DNA from: Octopus sinensis
Lineage: Eukaryota
DNA: 64,000 nucleotides
NCBI RefSeq assembly: GCF_006345805.1
Contig: NC_043022.1
Coordinates: 18,042,001 to 18,106,000 of the forward strand
Direction: 5' to 3'
Shown: positions 38,659 to 51,450 of the stretch, one piece after another
How the letters are laid out: every line of letters begins with the position of its first letter
Numbering within the stretch: position 1 is the first letter of the stretch
The notes under the pieces: generated by a model
What the model was told of the DNA's origin: nothing
Databases searched by the model: none
What the model saw: only the letters and a program-made list of their open reading frames with translations
Position numbers and translations under genes: made by a program

Positions 38659-38990
38659 TTCATAGAAGAGAATCAGATATTCTTCGTATAGAATACACTT
38701 AGTTGTGCTCATGGAGTTTAAATTTGATTCGGGTTTAGAAACAAACTTAGAAATAAGCAAGTCAGATATGGATCAATGTATAAAGGTATATTAAATACAG
38801 GAAATACAAAAAAAATGTATGTTTACATCCAAAAAGGACTGACTTACACAGAATAGAAATGATACCGAGAATTAAAGGGGTTGAGGAAAAGTATTACAAA
38901 TCCAACAGCTGTTCTGGGGGCTCGGTGGTCCAAAATAATCCATCTTCAGGGAAGGGATCTTGCATTTGGGGTGTTGACAGAAAGAAGTTA
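38659..38990 (-). mobile_element. Dispersed repeat (shared with 21503-21745) carrying a degenerate hammerhead-like motif
   Basis: Minus strand tcc-CTGAAGA...GAAC-AGCTGT-T-gga at 38952-38901. Confidence 0.6.
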
Positions 38991-39024
38991 AAGATGCAAT
39001 ATACTGTGTGTGTGTGTATGTATG

Positions 39025-39097
<73 letters not shown>

Positions 39098-39688
39098 TAC
39101 ATACATACATACATACATACATACATACATACATACATACATACATACGACAGACATTATAAAATTTTTTTCTCCTCTACCAAAATCCACTCACTTGCCC
39201 AAGATGCCACGCAGTAGGACAGAACCCGGAACCATGTAATTGGCAAGCAAGCTTCTTACCACACAACTATACCTTATAAATAGTGATGAAATGTTATGAA
39301 TGCATCTGTGGACAGAAAACGGGTTTTATTTCTCTGCTGAAAGTCGAACAACACTGTTTTATTTCGTGGGGTGGTTTCCGGTTTTCTTTTCTGGTCAGAA
39401 AAAAACTGGTGGTGCCACAGTTTGGCAGATTATCCAGAAATTTGATTAAGTCTGTTAAATTGACGATTGTGGAACAGATGGAAATCAGTTGAGTAGGAAG
39501 AAGGCTAAGGAGGCGGCGGAGGCGGCAGCATATGAGTGGGGGAGGCGAAGTTCGTTGAAGCATAAAACATTTCACTATAGGGATGAAAAAAAACAAGCAA
39601 TCAAGAGGAGGAGACGAAGTCATTGATGCGTGTCAGTGTAAATGTGTGGCTGTGTGCGTGTGTGTGCTTGCGTGTGTGTGTGTGTGCT

Positions 39689-39721
<33 letters not shown>

Positions 39722-40433
39722 AATTATAGAAGTGTGTGAGTGGCTCTGTGTTTGTGTAAATGTGTAGATATATATATATAGAAGAGTGTGTGTGTGTGTG
39801 TTGGGGGTAGGTTACCATACATGTCTTGTTCACGCTCTAACAACATCATTAACACCAACCGCCACCTTCACCAGCCACCCGTAAACTACAGCACCAACCA
39901 CACCGTCTTCTGCCAGTCGATGCATCGACCACCACACCACTTCTCCAGAAGCCCAATGTGTGACCCACTTGGCGGTCGATCGGTTGGTAGAAATGGAAGT
40001 TAAATCCCCCTCCAATCATTCCACCCCACGCACTGTCTTAAAGAAATGTGTAGCACTCGTTTCAATAAAGAACAATGTGGTGGTCACGGCTGGAACGTCT
40101 CTGAATGTAACCCTGCTTGATGAAACCTGTCCTAGGACTAAACAATAATATAACATCATTGAAGACCGCCAACAACGAACGCCACCGCCACCACCACCAC
40201 CCACATAACTGCCGCCTTCTGATCAGAATGGCGCCAGTTAATGTTCAATAACACACCCACCCGGCCACCCAGCCAAATACCCCCAACATCAACAGACAGA
40301 GCTAAATAGTCGACCTGCTAGAAATAGCAGTCGAATCTCATCAAATCACACGCTATCATCATTAACAAAAAGAAGGACACACAAGCCAAGGTACTCCTAG
40401 ATATACATATACAAAAAGCTCTCTGGCCATTGG

Positions 40434-40920
40434 TTGGTTGAACCAGCAACAATGATTGTCACCACTTCAACAGTGGAACAACACAAATATCAACATCGCT
40501 ACTACCACCACCACCACCAACAACAACCACCACCACCACTACTACACCACCACCACCACCATCAACCACCACACTTCCAGGTTGTCTACCGCGCCACCTC
40601 CACTGCCAACCGCCTTCATTTACCTTTATCATCGGTTGCTCAACCGTCCAATCCGCCAGCAGCAGCAGCAGCAGTCGTGTCGCCGGCTTCAATTGTTGAG
40701 TTGAGTAGGAGGAGGTCCAGAGACGAGGTGGGTAATAAGACAAGAATAGTGTAATAGCGGAAGAGTTGAATGGAGAGCCTGCCTAGGGAGACAGGCGGCC
40801 GGAGGGGGCGGAATAATCATGATGATAATAATAACTGTGGTGTCGGTGGGGGGAGGGGACTGAGGGTCGACGGAGAAGGGGGCGGGACGGCGGCCGTGAG
40901 CGGTGAAGGGTAACATATCG
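40434..40920. other. GC/CpG-enriched low-complexity island (possible 5' exon or regulatory region)
   Basis: His/Gln/Pro/Ala-rich 106-aa ORF on + with a possible donor gag|gtgggt at 40727, followed by a GC-rich stretch; no domain recognised. Confidence 0.2.
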
Positions 40921-40955
40921 AGGAAACAAAACCGAAAGCAGAGGGACCAAAGTAA

Positions 40956-40987
<32 letters not shown>

Positions 40988-41152
40988 GTGTGTGTGTGTG
41001 TGTGTGTGTGAGCGTTTGTGTGTGTTAAAGTAGCGATGTGTGTCGAGAGCAACAAAACTTTTAAGGAACATTATTTCAATAAACTCGTTACATACCTCCA
41101 CGCAAATAGCTGTGGCGCAGTCACTGGGCTGAAACCAGTTCATCACTGCAAC

Positions 41153-41186
<34 letters not shown>

Positions 41187-41244
41187 TGTCTGTGTGTCTG
41201 TGTACACACGTGAATATGCCTGTGTATATCTTTTAATCTGTTAC

Positions 41245-42345
41245 CTTCTACTTGTTCCAGTCAACAGACTGCGGCCATGCTGGAGCACCGCCTTGAAGAA
41301 TCTTTAGTCAAATGAATCGACTACAGTACATTTTAAAGCCTGATACTTATTCTATCGACCACTTTTGCCGAACCTCTAAGTTACGCGGACGTAAACACAT
41401 CAACACCGATTGTCAATCGGTGGTGGGAGAGGATAAACACAGACACACACACATAAATACAAGCATATATATATATATATATATACGAAGGGCTTCTTTC
41501 AGTTTCCGTTTACCAAATCCACTCACAAGGCTTTGGTCCGTCCAAGGCTATATAGTATAAGATACTTGCCCAAGTTGCCACGCAGTGGGACTGAACTCGG
41601 AACCATGTGGTTGGGAAGCAAGCTGCTTACCACACACCCACGCCTGCACCTATTCTTTTACTCGTTTACTTGTTTCAGTCATTGGACTGCCTTGAAGGGT
41701 ACAGCTGAACAAATCGACCCCAGATATTTTTCTAAGCCTGGTACTTATTCTTTTGGAATCTTTTTGCCGAACCGCTAAGTTATGGGGACATAAACAAACC
41801 AACACCGGTTGTCAAATGGTGGTGGTGGTGGACAAACACAAAGACACTTATAAACATGCGTAGACGACGGGTTTCTTTCAGCTTGTTTCCGTCGCCCAAA
41901 TCCAGTGGCAAGGCTTTGGTCGGCTCAGGGTTAAAGTAGAAGACACTATATTCGACCGTAATAATATTTTGTATCGGGGTATATTAGTGATTTGATTCCT
42001 CGGCTTTTAATGGAGATGTTGATCCACCGAGCTGTTTGACTTGAACAAACACAAGACGTGTTGCATGGTCAAAGTGCAACTAAAGCGACAACACAAGCGA
42101 AAGCATGGCTTCTGGACACTCGGCCGGAGGAGAAAACAACGCCCCCCCCCCCACATACAATCATTTACTTGTTTTATTTCAGACACACTGCGGCCATGCA
42201 GAGGCACCACCGAAGTTTTAGCCGAGCAAATCGCACCCCCCCCCCAGTAATTATTTTAATGCCTAGTATTTAATGTATCGCTCCCCTTTGCCTAACTGCT
42301 AGGTTATGGGTATGCTAACAAAACAACACCAACAGTTAAGGGTTG
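41245..42345 (-). mobile_element. Three adjacent SINE family B copies/fragments
   Basis: Units at about 41245-41645, 41650-41948 and 42160-42345, all minus strand. Confidence 0.8.
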
Positions 42346-42364
42346 TGAAGGACAAACACGATAC

Positions 42365-42524
42365 AAACACACTCACATATACATATATATATGCACACGC
42401 ACATACACACACACACGCATAGATACATACATACATACATACACACACATATACACACACACACACATATATACATACATACACACACACACACACACAT
42501 ATACATACATACATACACACACAC

Positions 42525-42557
<33 letters not shown>

Positions 42558-42769
42558 TATATACATACATACACACACACACATATACATACACACACAC
42601 ACACACATATATATACATACATACACACACACACACATATATACATACATACACACACACACATATATAATACATACATACACACACACACACATATATA
42701 CATACATACACACACACACATATACATACACACACACACACACATATATATACATACATACACACACAC

Positions 42770-42802
<33 letters not shown>

Positions 42803-43620
42803 TATATACATACATACACACACACATATATACATATACACACACACACACACACATATATATACATACACACACACACCACATATATACATACATACAC
42901 ACCACACACACATATACATACATACATACACACACACACAATATATACATACATACACACACACACATACATACACACACCACACACATATATATACATA
43001 CATACACACACACACACATATAATACATACATACACACACACACTATATACATACATACAACACACACACATATACATACACACACACACACACACACAT
43101 ATATATACATACATACACACACACACACATATACATACATACACACACACAACACATATATACATACATACACACACAAACATATACATACACACACACA
43201 CACACATATATATACATACATACACACACACACACATATATACATACATACACACACACACACATATATACATACATACATACACACACACACACATATA
43301 TACATACATACACACACACACATATACATACACACACACACACACACATATATATACATACATACACACACACACACATATACATACATACACACACACA
43401 CACACATATATACATACATACACACACACACATATACATACACACACCACACACACACACATATATATACATACATACACACACACACACATATATACAT
43501 ACATACACACACACACACATATATACATACATACACACACACACACATATATACATACATACACACACACACATATATACATACATACACACACACACAC
43601 ATATACATACACACACACAC

Positions 43621-43686
<66 letters not shown>

Positions 43687-43690
43687 CTAT
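42365..43690. repeat. About 1.3-kb compound minisatellite ((CA)n TATATA CATACATA units, roughly 26-30 bp)
   Basis: Direct reading; produces the 200-450 aa CVCM/HTHI pseudo-ORFs. Confidence 0.95.
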
Positions 43691-43962
43691 ACAATATGTT
43701 ACATTACTCGGTAGTCAAGATAAAACTCTGAGTTTCAGATGCCGAAGTGGAAATCCACAACACCATCTCTTCGGTTATCTGGCTATTTCTGAAATAGCCA
43801 GATAACCGAAGAGATGGTGTTGTGGATTTCCACTTCGGCATCTGAAACTCAGAGTTTTATCTTGACTACCGAGTAATGTAACATATTGTATAGATAAATT
43901 CCTCTATTTACATAATATTGAGGTCTCTTTCTTTCTTTTGTTATCTTACCGTTTTATCAATA
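43684..43962. mobile_element. Family H1 copy 2: perfect 106-bp-arm palindrome (centre 43790) plus outer right arm
   Basis: 43684-43789 is the exact reverse complement of 43791-43896; 43897-43962 matches the reverse complement of 29785-29855. Confidence 0.9.
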
Positions 43963-44217
43963 TATATATATATATAATATATATATATATACGTACAAGC
44001 AATCAAGAGGAGGAGACGAAGTCATTGACACTATATTCGACCGTAATAATATTTTGTATCGGGGTATATTAGTGATTTGATTCCTCGGCTTTTAATGGAG
44101 TGAATCCGAACAAAGAAGAACAAACATGAAAAGACAAGGCGGGGTCGTGGTACAAATGATGTATTATGAGACGCTCAGGAAAGGAAAGAAAGAGGAATGA
44201 ATATATATGTATATACA

Positions 44218-44375
44218 TACGACGGGCTTCTTTCAGTTTCCGTCTCCCAAATCCACTCACAGGGCTTTGGTCGGCTCGAGGCTTTAAGTAGAAGACACTT
44301 GCCCAAGGTGCCACGCAGTGGGACTGAACCTGGACCCATGTGGTTGGGAAGCAAGCTTCTTACCACACAGCCACG
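44218..44375 (-). mobile_element. SINE family B, 5' half
   Basis: Reverse-complement match to the family B head. Confidence 0.85.
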
Positions 44376-44984
44376 CACACACACTTTTATAGAGGCTGGT
44401 GTTGTGGAGCTGTTTTCGTTTCAGTTTTGCCGTTCAAGGTTTTGAGGAAGGCCTCGATTTCGCAAACCCCTCTTCTAAAGCCTTCATCAAGTCAACTAAC
44501 TAATCACCCTTTGATGTTTACCGCGAAATCGGGGAAAGTACAAACGAGACTCTCAAGTATTTGGTGTTTCGGCATTTATTTTATCTTCCTACACCTTTTT
44601 TTCTTTCTCTATGTGTATATACATACATATATACACAAGACATTTATGCACACACACGTATACATAGATACGTGGATACACACACACATAAATACCCTCG
44701 CATCAATTCCCTACCCCCATGCATATATCAACCAGCTTAAGAATGCCGATTGATACTATTAGAAATTGGTTAACATAATCCCTGGTAGTGTTTAATCGTC
44801 TTAATCCTTGCCCTATAATAAATAAATGCTAATATACCCGATTAATCTTCATAAACATATTTATTTAATCCCAATCCGGACATGTTCTCTTGCAGTAAAC
44901 CAGACTCGGCCACGTCTACGGCAGACTTTTTTCACTAAAGTTTATAGAACTATACATTTGCATCTCTCTCTCTTTCTCTCTCTC

Positions 44985-45360
44985 TGTGGTAAGAAGCTTC
45001 CTTCCCTACTGCAAGGATCCGGGTTCAATCTAACTACAAGCCACCTTGGGCAAGTGTCTTCTACTACAACCTCGGGCCGACCAAAGCCTTGTGAATGGAT
45101 TGGATAGGCAGAAACTGAAAGAAGCCCAATGTGTGTGTGTGTGTTTTTTTGTTTGTGTTTCTCCTTCCATCACCGCTTAACAACCGGTGTCGGTATGTTT
45201 ACGTCCCTGTAACTTAGCTGTTCGGCAAAATAAATCGATAGAATAAGTACCAGACTGAAGAAATAAGTTATGAGGTCAATTTATTTAATTAGAACCATTC
45301 AAGGCGGTGCTCCAGCATGGGCGTAGTCAAATGACTGAGGCAAGTAAAAGAATAAAAGAA
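44985..45360 (+). mobile_element. SINE family B, near full length
   Basis: tgtggtaagaagcttcc head to aaggcggtgctccagcatgg...aaaagaataaaagaa tail. Confidence 0.85.
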
Positions 45361-45625
45361 TATATGTGTGTGTGGGGGGTGTATAGATAGATAGATAGAT
45401 ACATACATACATACATACATAGATGGATAGATACTGATGCAAATAGGAAAAAAGAACTCGAAACTTTAGTATATATTAATAATTGGAAGAAGTTAGAGAG
45501 TGATTCGAGGTCGGAGTGTTTGGTGCGTTGTTACTTATCAACACACAACTCTCGGCTCTGGAGTCTCTCTGTAACTTCTGCCGATTATTAATAAATGTGT
45601 GCGCGCGGGCGTGTATATACATATA

Positions 45626-46489
45626 TCACCTTTGATCACCTTGACCGACCAGTTCGTCAGGCGTCCATTTGACACCGCTGTCCACTCCTCTCTGGATCGC
45701 GCCTTTCTCATCCACGTGATCCCAATCGTCCTCCTGAAATCGTAACTCCACCGTCGTGGAGGTCTTCCGGGTGGTCTTTTCCGCTCACGCGGGTACCACT
45801 CGACAATTGCGTGCGTCCACCGATTATCAGTGAGCCGGGCGACGTGTCCAGCCCATCTCTACTTGCTGCGTGTATACTCTGCGATGACATCTCTCACGCC
45901 GGACTTCTTTCTGATGATCTTGCTACTTATGTGCTCTCTTAACGAGATACCAAGCATTGACCTTTCCATGGCTCTTTGAGCCGTTACCAGTCTTTGCTCT
46001 TCTCTCTTTGTGGTAGCCCCATGTTTCACTACCATATAACATTGCAGGCAGAACTGCACTGTTAATGAGGTTAGCGCGGGTGGTCCTGTCCAACCTTCCC
46101 TTGAGCACATCCCTTATGCCATTGAACGCCTTCCATCCGGCCCTTACTCTCCGTGAGATTTCCTTTTTGATATCTCGGCACATATTTACTTCCTGACCCA
46201 GGTAGACATACTCCCTCACCTCCTCTATTTCATCACTGCTGATCACCATTCGACCTGTTGGTACATTGTCTGACCGCATGAACTTTGTTTTCATGCGGTT
46301 CATCTTAAGACCTACTGCAGAGCTTTTGATGTCGAGCTCCGTCAGCATGGTCTGAAGCTGATCCATGTTTTCAGCGATGAGTACAATGTCATCAGCGAAA
46401 CGGAGGTGGGTGAGGAGCTCGCCATTGATGTTGACACCACCTTGCCAATCGATGCCTCTGATCATCTTTTCACTGCATGTCTCGAACAG

Positions 46490-46494
<5 letters not shown>
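45626..46494 (-). mobile_element. RTE-1-like LINE, 5'-truncated
   Basis: ORF 45923..46465: LTHLRFADDIVL...EYVYLGQ...RRVRAGWKAF...VLPAMLYGSETW; downstream RWAGHVARLTDNRWT, RPPGRPPRRW. Confidence 0.92.
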
Positions 46495-46534
<40 letters not shown>

Positions 46535-46538
<4 letters not shown>

Positions 46539-47720
46539 GTTGTCTGCTCCTTATACAGAGTCTGACCACCTTTTGTATTTACACCTTAGATCTATCATGG
46601 TGTCTGATGTGGCTTTTTAAACCAGACAATGTTTTGAAAAGACACCCACTGAGATTGCATATCCAATTTGGTCCACCAAGAGCTGCAGTTAAGTTCTGAT
46701 CTTTGTGGTTCATAGAATGTCCTTTGCAGACCTTATGGCATACACAGCATTGAAAGGTGTGCACAGATATATAAGCAGAACAGTTGGTAGAGGTTCGATT
46801 GTCATGGGTCTGCAAATGAAATTTGAACCCTGCAAAAGAAAGGCAAGCTCTGTCCCAAACTGTGCGCACAAAAAGGTAACTGAGATTCATCTTCTCGATC
46901 GCAAGATTCTTTAAATCTCTCTTCAGTCTTGCATGTGTTATCCTGGCCTCCTCAGACGCTTTCACTCCATTCCACACTTTTGTTTGCCATCCAGTTCGAT
47001 CCGAAGCAAAAGTTTCTATGTCTTCTGGATCCATGAAGTGACTTCATGGTAGTCCTTATGCCGTCCTTAAACCTCATTTTAGGTTTATACCAATTGCGTT
47101 TCCCCTCTGCAACCTCGCCATAAAAAAGCGTTCATCCGCCATTCGAACTTTATGGTCAGACCATTTCATTTAGTTTTTCAGAATCATTGATTTAATTGAA
47201 GTGATGCCTGCAGACCTAAAGACATTTGTGTCTGGAGTAAAAACGCCCCATTTAATGTTTAAAATGCGGTGAAGGCATTTTTGGTGGAATCGTTTTAACA
47301 ATTTGAAATGTCTTTCATAACACGTCCATGTTTCAGAAGAATACAACAAGAATGGTAAGACAAACGATTTGTAAAGACCCAGTTTTGTGTTGTTATTTAT
47401 TAGTCGTTGGCGCCAAGCTCCTGACTCCAAACCACCAAATGCTTGTGCTGCCCTTTGAATTCGCAGATGTATTTCTGTGTCCAGATTTCCATAATTTTGT
47501 ACAGAGCTGCCAAGGTAGATGAAAGAGTCGACAACCTCAAGTAACTTACCCTTTACGAAAATTTTAGGGGGGTTGCAAACAGTACCACGTGCAGGTTGAA
47601 ACATTACAACTGTTTTTCTTTTTTCTTTTCAAATTGATGGTCAAACCAAAATCATCACAAGCTGAGTCAAATGCAAATACAAGAGATTGCAGGCCCGTTT
47701 CATAATCACTGACTAGATCG
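46535..47720 (-). mobile_element. RTE (BovB-like) LINE 3' part with C-terminal C2H2-like fingers
   Basis: VVDSFIYLGS...EIHLRIQRAAQAFG...LLYSSETWT...FHQKCLHRILNIKW; ASDRTGW; three finger-like motifs in ORF 46579..47034. Confidence 0.88.
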
Positions 47721-49878
47721 CAAGACCCTTTATTTTACGTAGCTCCAATCTCCCCTCAGCTGGCAAAAATTAGCTGTACCTGTAATTCAAAGGGCCAGCC
47801 TTGTCACATTCTCTGTGTGACGCTGAATCTCCCCGAGAACCATATTAAGGGCACACTTATCTATAGAGTGCTCAGACCCTTGCACATTAATTTCACGATC
47901 TAGATTTGATAGAACTATGATATCATGGCGCTTTTTTCTTAACAGGGAGTTGGCTGCAGTGGTAATTATTACCCTTGAATCCACGAAACACCAAAATATT
48001 AAATAAAGGAATGCTTTACCAAGGATTTCTATATTGGGAGACAAACTCCTTTCTGTTGTTGATCCCGGCCGAGTATACCTAACCATCCCATCTTTTTAAT
48101 CTAATAACTGGTATCTAGTAGTACATTATCCTGGGTGATCTTTTATAAAAACGACATGTTGTAATTTGGTTGCTATTTCAGGCAGGTCGAACGACTGCTG
48201 CCTGAAATAGCCATCTTTGGCACAGAGATAATATCCTGTTGGTTAACGAGATCTCTCAATCTAGCAGCCATCTTTGACAGGGAAACGTTTTAATATAGGA
48301 TCAAATTGAATTTATAAGTTGAGCACAGAAATAGCAGGTCGGTTTAACCCACATCACGGATGACCAACAATTAGAAATGCTGATCAAAGCAGAACTCATT
48401 GTGGCAATTCACTCCCACCGCCAACAACAACCACATTATCATCTCATGTTTTCGTCACCGTCACGTCACGCTTATCATCTTCACATCCGACAGACTGGGT
48501 TTTTTTCTGATATAAATTTGTTTCGGGGTTCCAGTCGCTGTTTTCTTTCTTTTTTTCTTTTTTTTTTGTCCATGTTGTTGTTGTTCTCTAGATATTGTTG
48601 TTGTTGGCCTAGATTTTATTGTTGTTGTCTATTTAGCTGTTTTAGTAGTAGCAGTAGCAGTCGTTGTTGTTATAGTTTCTGCTGTTGTTCTCGTTGTTGT
48701 TGTTCCTGATCCAGTTTGCAGGATTGACTGATGATTGATCAGCGTGACGACATTAATTTAAGCCTGATTAATCCCCCTATATTTACTGATCACCAGCTGT
48801 CCATCAAACGCTAACGAAATCATTTGAGATTTTCACCACATGAAAAGATCAGCAGATTTCGCCACAAAATAACACAGCTTTGCTTTTTTTTCCTCTTCGT
48901 GTTGTTGTTGATGATGGTTGTGGTGGTGGTGGTGGTGTGGTGGTGGTGGCGGCGGAAATCTGACCTTTCCCCTTACATCGTTCCGAGTTTTCGTCATTCT
49001 TATCCTTCGCTTTGCCATCATGTGTGTTTACGTAAGGATGACGGGATGGTCACGCCTAGAACGCTTCGATAATAGGTATGCCATAAGTATGCTGGTCAGG
49101 GCCGACTTGGAGACAACCAGCAAAAACAATCTTCTTCACCTCCTCCTCCTCCTCTTCCTCTTCTTCCATCTTCGACTTTGTTTTCGTCCTTTCCTACACT
49201 TTTCTCGCCATTCACTTTCTTAGGCTTTACCAGTCGTTCCATTCGGTGGTGGTGGTCGTCGTCTCCATCCTACCCACTAACTCTATCCCACCCTCCCTCT
49301 CTCCCTCCCCACACCATCTACTATTGATGCGAGCCAACCAGGTCACTTGATCTCCGCGAAATCTTACCCTACCGTCCTTAAAAATGACCAATTTAGACAT
49401 GCACATACGAAAGACAGGATGGTCACTGCTGGAATATCTTGGATCATATGTCTGCTAAATCAAGGTTGACCGGGAGTAAAACATCATCAACAACAACAAC
49501 AATAACGATTTTCAGGCATTGTCTATCTTGGAGTAGATTGTCCAGTTTTTCTTTCTCTAGGACGGTAGAATGTGACATGAGGCTGAGTTTAGCTGTTGTT
49601 TCTAGTATGTAGAAGAACTACGAAGAAGCTCCCCCGTAGGCTAGTAGTAGTAGTAGTAGTGGTGGTGGTGACTTCAACAAGAGTAACACCGCCACCGCTT
49701 ACAGCAGCAGCAATTACAGCAATATATATCGAATTCATCTTACTAATCATTTTTACTAATAGATTTAAGCCGGATCTATCTCACCGCCCTACAACCAGAC
49801 TTTGAAATGCCAACCGAGGTTAACAGGTTGTTGTTGTTGTTGTGCGGGTGATGACGGTGGCGATCAGTGCCGACAACG

Positions 49879-49910
<32 letters not shown>

Positions 49911-49989
49911 GAGATATTTGAATTAATCGTAACATTACATAACATTATTGTATTAAATATTCTATAATTGTCCTATATTAATTATGTTG

Positions 49990-50320
49990 CACAGTTTATG
50001 CCATGCCCCCCACTCCTTAATAATTCAGGCTCACAACACAAATTCACTGCAACACAATTTCTTTTCTTCAACAGGCCCTATTCTATTCAACATTATCCCA
50101 AAACAAATCAAAGAAGAAAAAGATCTCATCACCTTCAAACGATATTTGGACAAATTTCTTCAAGGGATTACCAGATAAGCCGCCCATATCTCGATACATC
50201 TCAGTCAACAACTCCCTACTTGAATAGGCTACGATACCACAAAACTTTAATTAAAAGGCCCTATCAGGTTGAACTTAATTTAGACTTGGCCTCAACCAAT
50301 CTTTAGCCGAAACACATCTA

Positions 50321-50325
<5 letters not shown>
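49990..50325 (+). mobile_element. CR1-like LINE 3' end (same subfamily as 15301-16406)
   Basis: NFFSSTGPILFNIIPKQIKEEKDLITFKRYLDKFLQ; 3' UTR ending gccgaaacacatctaag. Confidence 0.85.
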
Positions 50326-50352
<27 letters not shown>

Positions 50353-50399
50353 AGTGTGTGTGTGTGTAAAAATATGTTACACTATAAGGTATCTTAGCC

Positions 50400-50760
50400 C
50401 GTAGATGAAGGACGTGGCTCAATCTGGTTTACTACAAGAGAACATGTCCGGCCCCGGGTCGAGCCGCTTCTTCCCTGCATTTAGAGGTCAGAGCTGTGGT
50501 ACTACGGACATGGGATTAGAATGTCACATGAAAGAATGGCAAGATAGATTCTTCAAGCCAAATCAATCGGCAGGTGACCCAGGGGAGACGAAGAACGAGA
50601 TAATACCCATAGTCTCAGTTAATCACACTTGAGAATCCAGCTAGAAAGTTTAATGACGGTTGTTTCTGATAGGAACTCTATGGAAGGGGTGCCTGGGGAC
50701 TTTACGCCTACGACCCGCCCCAGGGATTGTGGACGGAGAAGATGGATGGATGGATGGATA
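50400..50760 (+). mobile_element. Expander/Rex3-like RTE LINE 3' end with (GGAT)n tail
   Basis: VEPLLPCI*RSELWYYGHGIRMSHERMAR*ILQAKSIGR*PRG; tail cgacccgccccaggg...ggagaagatggatggatggatgga. Confidence 0.75.
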
Positions 50761-51226
50761 TTATGTTAATTCTTTCTTTGTCTTGTCCTTCTGGCATAAT
50801 CTTCCTTGTTGTGTTTGTGTGAATTGATTGACGGACAGACAGGGAAACGGACAGACTGACGGATCGAATTCAGGGCGTCATGAGAGTGAAATGAATTCGA
50901 AATGTCTTGCAATCGAATCCCCCCCTCTCCCCGTCCCATCGCCAGTTTCTTTTCATTGTCATTTCATCTCTTTTTTTCTCTTTCTGTCTTCAACTTAAAC
51001 ACAAATTTCACTTCAATGAGAATATTTTACACGTACAATATTTAGTACACACACACACACTCGACAGTCCTCCTCTACACACTGCTGTCCCTTAAATCCA
51101 TTGAAATGGCATGGTCTGTCCAGGAGCTATAAAAGAAGTCAGTCACTCAAGGTGTTACTCGGTGAGATTGAACCTGCCCCCACCACCACCACCACATGAT
51201 GGCGGAGCAAAACTCTGAACCCAGCA

Positions 51227-51263
<37 letters not shown>

Positions 51264-51289
51264 TTGATTTTTACGTTCAGTTATAATGG

Positions 51290-51450
51290 TTTCAAATTTT
51301 GACACAAGGCCAGCAACTTCGCGGGTATTTATTTTATCGAAAGCGAAAGATAAAGTCTACCTCGGCGGAATTTGAACCCAGAACTGAAGGACGGCCGAAA
51401 TGCCAGTAAGCATTTTCCTTCGGCCTGCTCACCATTCTGCCAGCTCACCG
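51290..51450 (-). mobile_element. SINE family A fragment
   Basis: Reverse-complement match to family A. Confidence 0.75.

Noticed and set aside
42299-43694. 210-453 aa Cys/Val/His-rich ORFs
   Set aside because: Translations of a CA/TA minisatellite; not metallothionein or zinc-finger proteins.
48172-48211. 14-bp hairpin resembling an intrinsic terminator
   Set aside because: Built from the ctagaaatagcagcc-type motif common in local repeats; no U-tract; eukaryotic context.
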